From assembly GCA_964353865.1 (NCBI GenBank), contig CAYGXJ010000120.1, positions 10,112 through 74,111 on the forward strand: DNA of 64,000 nucleotides, in the 5' to 3' direction. Positions 8,879-18,398 of the stretch are shown one piece after another; the stretch's first letter is position 1, and each line of letters starts with the position of its first letter. This DNA is from an uncultured Anaerolineales bacterium. Lineage in GTDB: Bacteria > Chloroflexota > Anaerolineae > Anaerolineales > RBG-16-64-43. The notes under the pieces were generated by a model. The model saw nothing but the letters and a program-made list of their open reading frames with translations, ran no database searches and was not told the origin of the DNA. A program made the position numbers and the translations under genes.

Positions 8879-9235
8879 AGCCCGTCGGAATCATTTGCGC
8901 CATTAGTTGGTGCAAAGATTCTGCGGACTAATGAGATACGAAGGGTCTGCTTTTTGCCTGACATTGGCTGAGGCGTGGTCAGGCGAGCGAGTCGGCATCG
9001 ATGGAAGCGATCAAGGACGGCAGACGGGCATCGCCGTTGCGTAGTACCTGATGGTCGGCGTCACGAAGGCACATGCGAGGGAGCCGCGCGCGAGGCGGGC
9101 TTCCGCAGTACGTACGCAGCGGTCGCAGTCGCTCGCCGCTGGCCGCGTGCCCGGCGCCGTGTGGCGCTACAATTGATGAACCGGCTCGTTGCAGGCGCAC
9201 TCTAGGCCGGCTCATATGCCTCCGGGCTCACCACC

Positions 9236-9454
9236 ATGAGTCGACCCCATTTCGCCATCAGGGTCACATCGGGGCTCGGGTTGCTCTTCCTCCTTGCGCT
9301 GGGAGCCAGCCATCTGGCTCTCACAGATATCGCGCACGGCGGGTCCGACCTGCGTCTCGAGTGGAATGTGCTGCGAATCTCGGGGACGGTGATTGCGGTT
9401 TTCATTGTGACCGCAAAGGCCGCCCTGAGGCGGACGGCCAAGCCTCACCGCTGA
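9236..9454 (+). CDS. Small hypothetical membrane protein (72 aa, two predicted hydrophobic segments)
   Basis: Two hydrophobic stretches flank LTDIAHGGSDLRLEW, followed by a basic tail. A TACAAT lies at 9168-9173. Composition is unlike the Arg/Pro-rich shadow ORFs. Confidence 0.5.
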   Translation: MSRPHFAIRVTSGLGLLFLLALGASHLALTDIAHGGSDLRLEWNVLRISGTVIAVFIVTAKAALRRTAKPHR

Positions 9455-9513
9455 CGCGCACACCAGCGCATCCCACTCCTCGCGAGGGGTCGCCTGCAGG
9501 CAGGGAGGCATCT

Positions 9514-10420
9514 ATGCATTCGCGGCAAGCCGGAATGATGAAAGCTTACCTGCGATTGCAGCGCGTGGTTTCACCACCCCGCCGCGATCTTGTTGAGGAG
9601 AAGGACCGAGCGGACCTGGAGGCAATGGCGCGCCTCTTCCGACCGCTGGGCAAGGTCGAATGCCGGCCGGTCAAGGCCGCGGCGATTCCTGCCGAATGGA
9701 TTGTGCCCGCCGACCTGATTGCCGGGAGGACCGTGCTCTACCTTCACAGCGGCTCCTTCAACGCCTGCTCAATTGGGACTCACCGCGCGCTGGCCGCCAA
9801 CCTTGCGCTGGCTTTGAGAGCTCGCACACTCATCATCGATTACCGCCTCGCGCCGGAGCATCCCTTCCCCGCCGGGCTGCAGGATGCAGCCGCCGCATAC
9901 GAATGGCTGCTCGGGCAGCCCACGCCGCCCAGTGATTCGATCCTCGCCGGCGATTCCGCCGGCGGCGGGTTGGTGCTGTCGCTGCTGATCGACTTGCGCG
10001 ATCGCCGGCATCCATTGCCCAGGATGGGCGTATGCCTTTCCCCGGCCACCGACCTCACGATGAGCGGCGCCTCGATCCGCACGCACGCCGCCGCCGACCT
10101 CGTTCTGGAGACGCGCAACATGCATCAATCGGTCGACATCTACCTGCGCGAGACCGACCCGCGCAATCCGCTCGCCTCGCCGATGTTCGCGGATCTTCAT
10201 GGCTTGCCGCCGCTGCTGCTGCAAGTCGGATCCGAAGAAATGTTGCTCTCCGATTCAACCGAGTTCGCGGCACGGGCCGAGGCGGCCGGAGTGAAGGTCA
10301 CCCTGGAGGTCTGGCCGTGGATGCAGCACGTTTGGCATTTCGCCGCGAGCTTCGTCCCCCAAAGGGCGCGAGGCGATTCTTCGCGTTGCGCAATTTGTCG
10401 AGCGCACTTTCGGCGAATGA
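9514..10420 (+). CDS. Alpha/beta hydrolase (HSL-family esterase) with an apparent +1 frameshift near its 3' end
   Basis: ATG at 9514 after GGGAGG. LYLHSGSF, IDYRLAPEHPFPA, GDSAGG nucleophile and MQHVWH. The expected last helix (REAILRVAQFVERTFGE-stop, TGA 10418-10420) lies in another frame after the C5 run at 10356-10360. Confidence 0.85.
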
Positions 10421-10535
10421 TCCGAATCCTGCGCAGGAGACGGGCTGCATTACAATTTGTGGGCGCCCCATTGCACATCTCGGCTCAGGCCGCTGCGGGC
10501 CGTGGCCGAGTGGCACGCCGAGAGGAGAGAACACC

Positions 10536-11555
10536 TTGGAAGGACCCAATCTAGCTCACAATCTGGCGAAGCCGACAAGCGCCGCGGCACGCTCGGGCTT
10601 ATGGGCTCTGGCCGGCGTCGTCGTCGGCTTCGCCCTGCCGGTGCTCGCCTGCGCCGGTATGGCTGCATTCTTCTCTCTCTCAACGGCTTCGCTGGCCGCG
10701 CAGTCGCCGGTCTCGTCTTCGAGCCTCGAACACATCTCCGGACCGTTCAGCGGGCCGGCGGTCGCGATTCTTGACGTGAGCGGCACCATCGTCAGCGGCG
10801 AGAGCGGCCCATTCGACACCTCGGTGGTCGCGGCCTCAGGGGAGTTGCTTCCCCTCATTCACCAGGCCGCGGCCGACGCGGACGTGCGCGCCATCCTGCT
10901 GCGGGTCAACAGCCCCGGCGGCTCTGTGGTGCCCTCGGATGAGATCTACCACGCGCTCAAGGAGAGCGGCAAGCCGGTCGTGGTGCTCATGGGCGACTTG
11001 GCCGCCTCGGGCGCCTACTACATTTCCATGGCGGCCGAATACATCGTCGCCAATCCGCACACGCTCACCGGTTCGATCGGCGTGATCAGCGAGTTCCCCG
11101 ACGCACATGGATTACTCGAGAAACTCGGTGTGCAGTTCACGATCATCAAGTCCGGCGCCGCCAAGGACATCGGCAGCCCCTACCGGCAGATGACGGAGGA
11201 CGAGCAGGCGCTCTGGCAGGCAATCGTCAACGAAACGTACGAAGGCTTCCTGAAGATCGTGGCGGAGGGTCGCGGGCTGCCGGTGGAGGAGGTGCGCGCG
11301 TTGGCCGACGGCCGCGTGTTCACCGGGTCACAGGCGCTTGAGCTCAAGCTGGTTGACGCGCTGGGCTACGAGCAGGAGGCGCTGGCCAAGGCGGCCGACC
11401 TGGCCAAGATCGAGGGCGAGCCGCGCGTGATTCGTCTTCACACACGTCAGTCGCTATGGGGGCTGCTTGGCTCCCGGATGAGCGGGGTTACCTTGCCGGC
11501 TGATCTGATTCGCCAGGCGCTCGGGCCGAGCCTTGAGTACCGCTGGATGCCGTAA
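10536..11555 (+). CDS. sppA: Signal peptide peptidase SppA (36K type, S49)
   Basis: TTG at 10536 after AGGAG. N-terminal TM segment, RVNSPGG, AASGAYY, TLTGSIGV, IKSGAAKD and DGRVFTGSQA. Confidence 0.92.
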   Translation: MEGPNLAHNLAKPTSAAARSGLWALAGVVVGFALPVLACAGMAAFFSLSTASLAAQSPVSSSSLEHISGPFSGPAVAILDVSGTIVSGESGPFDTSVVAASGELLPLIHQAAADADVRAILLRVNSPGGSVVPSDEIYHALKESGKPVVVLMGDLAASGAYYISMAAEYIVANPHTLTGSIGVISEFPDAHGLLEKLGVQFTIIKSGAAKDIGSPYRQMTEDEQALWQAIVNETYEGFLKIVAEGRGLPVEEVRALADGRVFTGSQALELKLVDALGYEQEALAKAADLAKIEGEPRVIRLHTRQSLWGLLGSRMSGVTLPADLIRQALGPSLEYRWMP

Positions 11556-11709
11556 GGCGACCCAAACGAGCGTGCGGTGATGATTCCTGGCGGGCGCCGA
11601 TCCCTCTGAAGACCACCCGAGAGGGCCGTCAATGCGGACCCCGATCTGCGGGGGGTGGCAAGCCTGGAGCCGCGCGGCCATTGTGGCCGGCGCTGCATCT
11701 GCTTCTCCA

Positions 11710-11788
11710 AGATTGCCACGTCGTGCCGCCTCGCTCCGCGGGGCTTTGCTCCTCGCAATGACAAGGACTCTCTACCGTCTTTGCGAGG
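11710..11788. repeat. REP-like palindromic element between convergent sppA and ltaE
   Basis: AGATTGCCACG...CTCCTCGCAATGAC followed by the inverted partner GTCTTTGCGAGG (11777-11788, one mismatch). Resembles the GTCATTGCGAG...GCAATC repeat type. Copy number elsewhere in the genome is unknown. Confidence 0.55.
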
Positions 11789-11813
11789 CCCGCAGCTCGT
11801 CCGATCGCAGGAT

Positions 11814-12857
11814 CTACGCCGTGGCGAGCACCTGGCGAAAGGATTCAATGGCCCTGTCGACGCTTTGAGCATCCACCCAATAGTGGAGCGCGGCGCGGAA
11901 GCGCCGGGGAGCGATGACCTGCACGCGCACGCCACGTTGCGCCAGGCGTTCCGCCGTTTCACGGCCATCCATGGGGACGGATGGCGCCAACCCGAAGATC
12001 ACCATGTTGGTATACGGCGTACCTGCGTCGAGCTGGATGCCCGGGATGCCCCCCAATCCCCGCGCGAGGCGCTGCGCATTAGCGTGATCCTCCGGCAGGC
12101 GGTCGACCATTGTCTCGAGCGCGACAATCCCCGCGGCCGCGAGTATCCCCGCTTGGCGCATCCCACCCCCGACTTGCTTGCGGATGCGCCGGGCTTGAGC
12201 GATGAACGCTTGGTTCCCGCAAAGCACCGAACCCACCGGCGCGCATAGCGCCTTTGAGAGGCAGAAGCAAATCGAATCGGCGGCCTGCACTAGGCGCTGC
12301 GTCGGCACACCCAGCGCGGCCGCGGCGTTGAAGATGCGTGCCCCGTCAATGTGCAGGGCCAGGCCTCGCGCGCGAGCCAGGCGGCCCATATCATCGGTGT
12401 ACTCCGCCGTCAGCACCACACCGCCGCAGCGGTTGTGCGTGTTCTCTAGACAGATCAAGCGCGAGTGAGGGAAATGCACATCCTCGGCGCGGATGGCTTC
12501 GCGCACGTCCTCGGCACGCAGTGTGCCGTCGGTCTGATTGAGCACCGGGTACGGGTGGACCCCGCCCAACGCAGCTACACCGCCTGCTTCATATAAGAAG
12601 GTGTGCGCGCGGTCGCCGAGGATGACCTCTTCGCCGCGGCCGCAATGGCTGAGCACCGCCACCAAGTTGCCCATGGTCCCGGAGGCCACAAACAGGCCGG
12701 CCTCCTTGCCCATGCGCTCGGCCGCGATCGCTTGCAAACGGTTCACCGTCGGGTCCTCACCAAAAACGTCGTCGCCCACCTGCGCCTCGGCCATGGCGCG
12801 GCGCATTTCGGGTGTGGGATGGGTCACCGTATCGGAGCGAAGATCGATGTAATCCAT
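11814..12857 (-). CDS. ltaE: Low-specificity L-threonine aldolase
   Basis: [55 protein letters not shown] (PLP Lys) and GGGMRQAG. Confidence 0.95.
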   Translation of the reverse strand: MDYIDLRSDTVTHPTPEMRRAMAEAQVGDDVFGEDPTVNRLQAIAAERMGKEAGLFVASGTMGNLVAVLSHCGRGEEVILGDRAHTFLYEAGGVAALGGVHPYPVLNQTDGTLRAEDVREAIRAEDVHFPHSRLICLENTHNRCGGVVLTAEYTDDMGRLARARGLALHIDGARIFNAAAALGVPTQRLVQAADSICFCLSKALCAPVGSVLCGNQAFIAQARRIRKQVGGGMRQAGILAAAGIVALETMVDRLPEDHANAQRLARGLGGIPGIQLDAGTPYTNMVIFGLAPSVPMDGRETAERLAQRGVRVQVIAPRRFRAALHYWVDAQSVDRAIESFRQVLATA

Positions 12858-12876
12858 GGCGTTTCCTTGGCGGGAA

Positions 12877-13797
12877 TCAGCCGCGGCGAAGCGCGGCTAG
12901 AGTTCCAGCGAAATCCTCGGGCAGTGGAGCCTCAAACTCCCGCGCGCCAGCCTCGCCGGGCAAGGTGAGGCGCAGGCGCGCCGCGTGCAGCATCTGGCGC
13001 GAAGCACCAAGCGTCGGCGACCGCCGGCCATAGACGCGATCGCCAACAATCGGACATCCTATGTAGCTCAGATGCACGCGGATCTGGTGGGTGCGCCCCG
13101 TTTGCGGATGGATCTCGAGCAGAGCATGCTCGTCAAATTGCTCGCGGGTGTGGAACAAGGTGAGCGCCGGGCGCCCGCGCGAGGCCGGCACAACGCCCAT
13201 GCGCTGACGGTGTACCGGATCGCGCCCGACGTGGGTCTCGATCCGACCGGAGGCGGTGGGTGGGCGTCCGTCGACCAGGCCCAGGTATGTTTTCTCCACC
13301 AGCCGCTCCGCGAAGGCCCGCTGCAGTGTGCGCTGTGCCGATTCGTTCCGCGCAATGAGAATCAGGCCCGAGGTGTCCTTGTCGAGGCGGTGGATGATCC
13401 CCGGTCGCTCGGTCTCGCCCACCTGCTCCACTTCCGGCGCGCGCGCCAGGACTGCGCTCACCAGCGTGCCGTGCGCGTGACCCACAGCCGGGTGGACAAC
13501 CATGCCGGCCGGCTTGTTGATCACCAGCACATCGTCGTTCTCGAACACCACCTCCAACGGGATGGCCTCGGCCTCGACATCCATCGGCGCAGGCGGCGGG
13601 ATGCGCACCAGCACCTCATCGCCCGCCTCCACCTTGAGTGCGCTGCGCACCTGAACCTGCGCATTGACGGAAACGAAACCTTCGGCGATCAAGCGCTGCA
13701 GGGTAGTGCGCGAATGCAGCGGGAGGGCCAAGCTCAGGAAGCGATCGAGGCGATCGCCCGCGCACTCAACGTGCAGGAGATGCCGGGTTTCGCTCAC
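12877..13797 (-). CDS. rluD: RluA-family pseudouridine synthase (RluD-like)
   Basis: S4-like N-terminus RLDRFL, NKPAGMVVHP, HRLDKDTSG (catalytic Asp), TGRTHQIRVH and QMLHA. GTG start overlaps the lspA stop by 4 nt. Confidence 0.93.
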   Translation of the reverse strand: MSETRHLLHVECAGDRLDRFLSLALPLHSRTTLQRLIAEGFVSVNAQVQVRSALKVEAGDEVLVRIPPPAPMDVEAEAIPLEVVFENDDVLVINKPAGMVVHPAVGHAHGTLVSAVLARAPEVEQVGETERPGIIHRLDKDTSGLILIARNESAQRTLQRAFAERLVEKTYLGLVDGRPPTASGRIETHVGRDPVHRQRMGVVPASRGRPALTLFHTREQFDEHALLEIHPQTGRTHQIRVHLSYIGCPIVGDRVYGRRSPTLGASRQMLHAARLRLTLPGEAGAREFEAPLPEDFAGTLAALRRG

Positions 13798-14321
13798 GGC
13801 GAGTGAGGTACGGGGTTTTCTTCGCTCGTCGCGGGATGGCGGCGCTGCTCGATGAGCATGTCCACGAGCAGCAAGGCCACGCCCACCGAGATGCTGCTGT
13901 CGGCCACGTTAAAGACCGGGAATGTGCCGACGGACACGAAATCGGTAACCGTCCCGCGAGTCAGGCGATCGATTAGGTTGCCCAGCGCACCGCCGAGCTG
14001 GAGCCCCAGCGCGAAGCGGATGAGCCACGAGGCACGCTCGACGTTGCGATAGTAGTAGATGATGGCGCCCGAAACGATGATGGCCAGGACGGTGAAGACC
14101 ATGCCTCCGTTCTGAAAGAGGCCGAAGGCCGCGCCGGTATTCGTCCAGTGCACGATGCGTGCGTAGGGCGCCAGCCACTCGAGCGGCATCCATACCTCAC
14201 CCAGCGCGAGAAGTGTTCGCACCAGGTGTTTGGTGTATTGGTCGAGCAGCACGATCGCACCGGCGATCGCCGCCAGAACGGCGTAGGTGCGCACCAGCAT
14301 GGCACGAGGGGAAGTGGGCAT
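13794..14321 (-). CDS. lspA: Lipoprotein signal peptidase (signal peptidase II)
   Basis: LDQYTK, NTGAAFG, GGALGNLIDR, VTDF and FNVADS motifs. Confidence 0.96.
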   Translation of the reverse strand: MPTSPRAMLVRTYAVLAAIAGAIVLLDQYTKHLVRTLLALGEVWMPLEWLAPYARIVHWTNTGAAFGLFQNGGMVFTVLAIIVSGAIIYYYRNVERASWLIRFALGLQLGGALGNLIDRLTRGTVTDFVSVGTFPVFNVADSSISVGVALLLVDMLIEQRRHPATSEENPVPHSP

Positions 14322-14328
14322 GAGCCGA

Positions 14329-14334
14329 ATTGTA
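14329..14334 (-). promoter_or_regulatory. Candidate -10 element (TACAAT) 7 nt upstream of the lspA ATG; possible leaderless promoter
   Basis: Minus strand reads TACAAT-TCGGCTC-ATG with no Shine-Dalgarno sequence. Confidence 0.45.
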
Positions 14335-14356
14335 ATCCAAGCATGGCGCCATGCCA

Positions 14357-14384
14357 GGCCCGGCTCGCGCGTGCGAGCCGGGCC
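14357..14384. terminator. GC-rich hairpin downstream of ileS
   Basis: Perfect 12-bp inverted repeat GGCCCGGCTCGC-GCGT-GCGAGCCGGGCC about 30 nt after the ileS stop. No clear U-tract. Confidence 0.4.
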
Positions 14385-14413
14385 GTAGCGCCATGTCGAA
14401 GAGCGCGGCGCGC

Positions 14414-17400
14414 TTAGCGCGATTTGAGCAAGCCCACCGTCACGTGTTCACCGTCGAACTCGTCATTGACCCAGGGCGCGCCTTCCGGCGCGGCACCCGC
14501 GGTGAGCTCGACCGCCAGGGTCTCGCCCATCACGTAGTCGCGGAACTGTTCAATGGCTTGGGCTAGCGTCGCCGAGGCCGAGTAGAACAACCGGATGCGG
14601 TCCGAGATCTCCAGGTCCGATGTTTTGCGCAGGTCCTGCACGCGGCGGACGAATTCGCGCGCCATGCCCTCGCGCAGCAAGGAGGGCGTGACGTCGGTCC
14701 GCAGCGCGGCCAGCAGGCCCCTCTCCTCCGCAACGGCGAACCCTTCACGCGCGGTCAGGCGGACTTCCACTTCTTCGGGCGTGACCTGGAATTCCTCGCC
14801 TTCCACGGACACGGCGAGCGGCGAACCCGAGAGCAGAGCGCGGGCTGCCTGCTCGGGGTCAAGAGCCAGCAGCGCACTGCGCAGCTTCGGGAAGCGTGCT
14901 CCGAATTTGGGGCCCAGCGACTTGGGCAACGGGTTGAGCGTGTAGGAAACGACCTCTCCCGCCGCATCGAGCGGGCGCACCTTCTTCACATTGAGTTCGT
15001 CGCCCAAAAGATCCGCATGGCGCGCGAGTATCTCCATCTCCTGGGGCGAGGTCACGCTGAAAGCGATTTCCGGCAGCGGCTGGCGCACCTTGCGATTGGC
15101 CTTGTTGCGCGCCGCGTGACCGAGCGAGGCCCAGCGCAGCACCTGCCGCATCTCCCCGTTCAGACCCTCGTCGATCAGCGTGCGGTCGTACTCGGGCCAG
15201 TCGGCCAGATGAACGGACTCGGGGGCCTCCTTATCGAGCGAAACCACCAGGTTGCGGTACAACGCATCCGCCAGGAAGGGCATGGCCGGTGCGATGAGAC
15301 GCGCGACCGTCACCAGACATTCGTAGAGCGTGGCGTAAGCGGCCCGCTTGTCGCCGCTCTCGCCCGCCCGCCAGAAACGCCGCCGCGATCGGCGCAGGTA
15401 CCAGTTCGAAAGTCGGTCGACGAACGTCTCCACCGGACGGGTGGCCCCGAGCACATCGTAGTTCTCCATGGCCTCGCTCACCTGGCGGGTGAGCACGTGC
15501 AACTCGGAGAGGATCCAGCGGTCGAGATCGTTGTCGCTGCGGCCGGTGCGTCCTCCCGCCGGGTGGCCCAAGCTGGCCATACGCAGCAACGCCTCATCCG
15601 GCTGCCATCCGTCCAGCGTTGCGTAAGTCACGAAGAACGAGTAAGTGTTCCATAGGGTCAGCGTGAAATTGCGGATGACCTCGCCCACCAGATCGGTGGA
15701 GAAGCGGCGTTCCTGCCCGGGGGGCGAGGCCGTGTAGAGGTACCAGCGGAAGGCATCCGCCCCGTGGGCGTTTAGAACATCCCACGGGTCGACCACATTC
15801 CCCCGGGATTTCGACATCTTCTGCCCGTCACCATCCAGGATCAGGCCGAGGCACAGTACGTTGCGGAAGGCGACGTTGTCGAAGAGAAGTGTCGCAATGG
15901 CGTGCAGTGAATAGAACCAGCCTCGCGTTTGGTCTACCGCTTCGCAGATATAGTCGGCCGGGAATTGTGCACGGAAGAGCTCCTCGTTTTCGAAGGGATA
16001 GTGCCACTGCGCCACCGGCATCGAGCCCGAATCGAACCACACATCGATCAGTTCGGGCACGCGCTTCATCTCCGCTTCGCCACATGTGGGGCACGGCCAC
16101 TCGACGCGATCCACATACGGCCGGTGCAGGTCGAGGGCGGCCTGAGATTTCCCGCTGAGCGATTCGAGTTCGGCCAGCGAGCCCACGCACATTTGGTGGT
16201 GGCAGCCCGGGCATTCCCACACCGGCAGCGGCGTCCCCCAGTAGCGCTCTCGGCCGAGAGCCCAATCCACATTGTTGGCCAGCCAGTTGCCGAAGCGCCC
16301 GCGTTTGATGTGCTCCGGGTACCAGTTGACGGTGTCATTGAGTGCCACCAGCCGCTCTTTGATCTGGGTGGTGCGGATGTACCAGGTGCTGCGCGCGTAG
16401 TAGAGCAGCGGCGTGTGGCATCGCCAGCAGAACGGGTAAGTGTGGCGGATGGTGCCGCTGCGCAGTAGCAGGCCGCGCGAGGCCAGGTCCTTCTCGATCA
16501 GCGGATCGGCTTGCTTCACGAACATCCCTTGCCAGGGTGTAACCTCCGGAACGAAGTTGCCGCGCGGGTCGACCGTCATCGAAATGGGCAAGTCGTTTTC
16601 GAGCGCGGCTTGCATGTCGTCGGCGCCAAAAGCCGGTGCCATGTGGACGATCCCCGTGCCTTCCGCAGTGCTGACGAAATCTCCAAGGATCACGCGGTGG
16701 GCCGGCTTCTCCAGCGGCATGAAGGTGAACAGTGGCTGGTAGCGCCGATCGCGCAGTTCCTCGCCCAGGTAATCGCCAACCACTTTGAACTCCTCGCCCT
16801 GCAGGACCTGGTCGACCAGATCCTTGGCCAGGATGAGGTACTCGTGTCCACCGCCGGCCGTGGTGCGTTCCACACGCGCGTACATCACCTTGGGATGGAC
16901 GGCCAGCGCCACGTTCGCCGGCAGTGTCCAGGGCGTGGTGGTCCACACCAGGAAGGAGGTTTGCGGGTCGTCGCGCAACGGGAAGCGCACAAAGACGGAC
17001 GGATCGGGCGTGTCCTGCTCGTACCCCTGGGCTACCTCGTGGTCGGAAAGCGGCGTGCCACACCGCGGGCAATAGGGGACGACCTTGAAGCCCTGATACA
17101 GCAGCCCGCGCTCCCAGAGTTGTTTGAGGATCCACCACACCGATTCGATATAGTCGTTGGTGTAGGTGACGTAGGCGTCGCTGAGATCAACCCAGAAGGC
17201 GATCCTTTCGGTGAGTTTCTCCCAATCCTGGATGTAGCGAAAGACCGAGGTGCGACAGCGCTCGTTGAATTTGTCGATGCCGTAGGCCTCGATCTGGTCT
17301 TTGCCCGTGAAGCCGAGCTCCTTTTCCACCTCGATCTCAACCGGCAGGCCATGGGTGTCCCATCCGCCGCGCCGCCGCACATGGAATCCGCGCATGGTAC

Positions 17401-17614
17401 GGTAGCGCGGGAAGAGATCTTTGAACGCGCGCGCCAAGACGTGGTGGGTCCCCGGGCGGCCGTTGGCGGTGGGCGGGCCCTCGAAGAATACCCACTCCGG
17501 GTTGCCACGGCGGTTGTCGAGCGAGCGATGGAAGATGTCACGCTCCTTCCAGAAGCGCAGCACCTCCTGCTCCAGCCGCTTGGCGTCGAAATGCGATGTG
17601 ACGGCTTCGAACAT
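14414..17614 (-). CDS. ileS: Isoleucine--tRNA ligase (type 2-like)
   Basis: 1066 aa. GPPTANGRPGTHH (HIGH), GWDTHGLPVE, WTTTPWT, DWALGRERYWGTPLP, EAVDQTRGWF and KMSKS. Upstream T-box has an AUC specifier. Confidence 0.97.
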   Translation of the reverse strand: MFEAVTSHFDAKRLEQEVLRFWKERDIFHRSLDNRRGNPEWVFFEGPPTANGRPGTHHVLARAFKDLFPRYRTMRGFHVRRRGGWDTHGLPVEIEVEKELGFTGKDQIEAYGIDKFNERCRTSVFRYIQDWEKLTERIAFWVDLSDAYVTYTNDYIESVWWILKQLWERGLLYQGFKVVPYCPRCGTPLSDHEVAQGYEQDTPDPSVFVRFPLRDDPQTSFLVWTTTPWTLPANVALAVHPKVMYARVERTTAGGGHEYLILAKDLVDQVLQGEEFKVVGDYLGEELRDRRYQPLFTFMPLEKPAHRVILGDFVSTAEGTGIVHMAPAFGADDMQAALENDLPISMTVDPRGNFVPEVTPWQGMFVKQADPLIEKDLASRGLLLRSGTIRHTYPFCWRCHTPLLYYARSTWYIRTTQIKERLVALNDTVNWYPEHIKRGRFGNWLANNVDWALGRERYWGTPLPVWECPGCHHQMCVGSLAELESLSGKSQAALDLHRPYVDRVEWPCPTCGEAEMKRVPELIDVWFDSGSMPVAQWHYPFENEELFRAQFPADYICEAVDQTRGWFYSLHAIATLLFDNVAFRNVLCLGLILDGDGQKMSKSRGNVVDPWDVLNAHGADAFRWYLYTASPPGQERRFSTDLVGEVIRNFTLTLWNTYSFFVTYATLDGWQPDEALLRMASLGHPAGGRTGRSDNDLDRWILSELHVLTRQVSEAMENYDVLGATRPVETFVDRLSNWYLRRSRRRFWRAGESGDKRAAYATLYECLVTVARLIAPAMPFLADALYRNLVVSLDKEAPESVHLADWPEYDRTLIDEGLNGEMRQVLRWASLGHAARNKANRKVRQPLPEIAFSVTSPQEMEILARHADLLGDELNVKKVRPLDAAGEVVSYTLNPLPKSLGPKFGARFPKLRSALLALDPEQAARALLSGSPLAVSVEGEEFQVTPEEVEVRLTAREGFAVAEERGLLAALRTDVTPSLLREGMAREFVRRVQDLRKTSDLEISDRIRLFYSASATLAQAIEQFRDYVMGETLAVELTAGAAPEGAPWVNDEFDGEHVTVGLLKSR

Positions 17615-17664
17615 GCGTGCCTCCCACTCTCATCGCGGCACTCGCGCGCGGCGGGCCGCGCCGA

Positions 17665-18372
17665 TCACGCGAGGGCGATTTCCAGACGTTTGTTGATGCG
17701 CCCCTTGCTCTTGTAGTCCGCGATGCGGATCGTCCCCACCTCGCGCGTGTTGGCCAGGTGCGTGCCGCCGTCGGCCTGCAGATCCAGCCCCACGATTTCC
17801 ACCACGCGGATTTCGTGCAGGCCTTCCGGCAGCAGGTTGATTCTGGTGCGGATCAGGTCCGGAATCGCCAGCGCCTCATCCCGCGGAAGCAGACGCACCC
17901 TCACCTCGCGCGCCATTTCCACTTCCCGATTCGCCCGACCTTCGATTTCGCGGACCAGGTCCTGATGCATGTTCTCAAACTCGAAATCCATTCGGGCGCG
18001 CAGCACGTCCATGTTGCCGCCCGTGACGTGCGCCCCGTAATCGCGCCAGATGACGCCGCACAAAACGTGCAGCGCCGTGTGGACGCGCATCAGTGCGTAA
18101 CGCCGATCCCAATCCAGCCGGCCGCGGATGCGCTCGCCAGCGGCAGGAGGAATACCTCCGCACGAGTGCATCACAACCGCGTTCTCTTTGCGCACGCCGC
18201 CAACGGACCAGGTGCGGCTCCCCGCTTCCAGGATACCCTGGTCGCATGGCTGCCCGCCGCCGCCAGGATAGAAAGCGGTGCGGTCGAGCACCACTCCCGC
18301 CGGGCCGGCCTCCAGCACCTGGGCTTCAAAATCGCGCATGTACGAATCGGTGTGGTAGATGAGCTCGGTCAT
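17665..18372 (-). CDS. AlaX-type freestanding aminoacyl-tRNA editing protein
   Basis: LDRTAFYPGGGGQPCDQG, MRVHTALH (HxxxH) and DLQADGGTH (DxxxH in place of CxxxH). 235 aa, AlaRS editing-domain-like. Confidence 0.88.
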   Translation of the reverse strand: MTELIYHTDSYMRDFEAQVLEAGPAGVVLDRTAFYPGGGGQPCDQGILEAGSRTWSVGGVRKENAVVMHSCGGIPPAAGERIRGRLDWDRRYALMRVHTALHVLCGVIWRDYGAHVTGGNMDVLRARMDFEFENMHQDLVREIEGRANREVEMAREVRVRLLPRDEALAIPDLIRTRINLLPEGLHEIRVVEIVGLDLQADGGTHLANTREVGTIRIADYKSKGRINKRLEIALA

Positions 18373-18398
18373 TCGCCCTTCCGATGCGCCGCCGCATT

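Noticed and set aside
10032-10535. N-terminally extended SppA (507 aa), and similar extensions for PFOR, PGM, GlgC, DUF3160, NuoJ and the HAD protein
   Set aside because: The extensions overlap upstream genes or promoters and have low-complexity composition. Downstream starts have an RBS or coupling overlaps.
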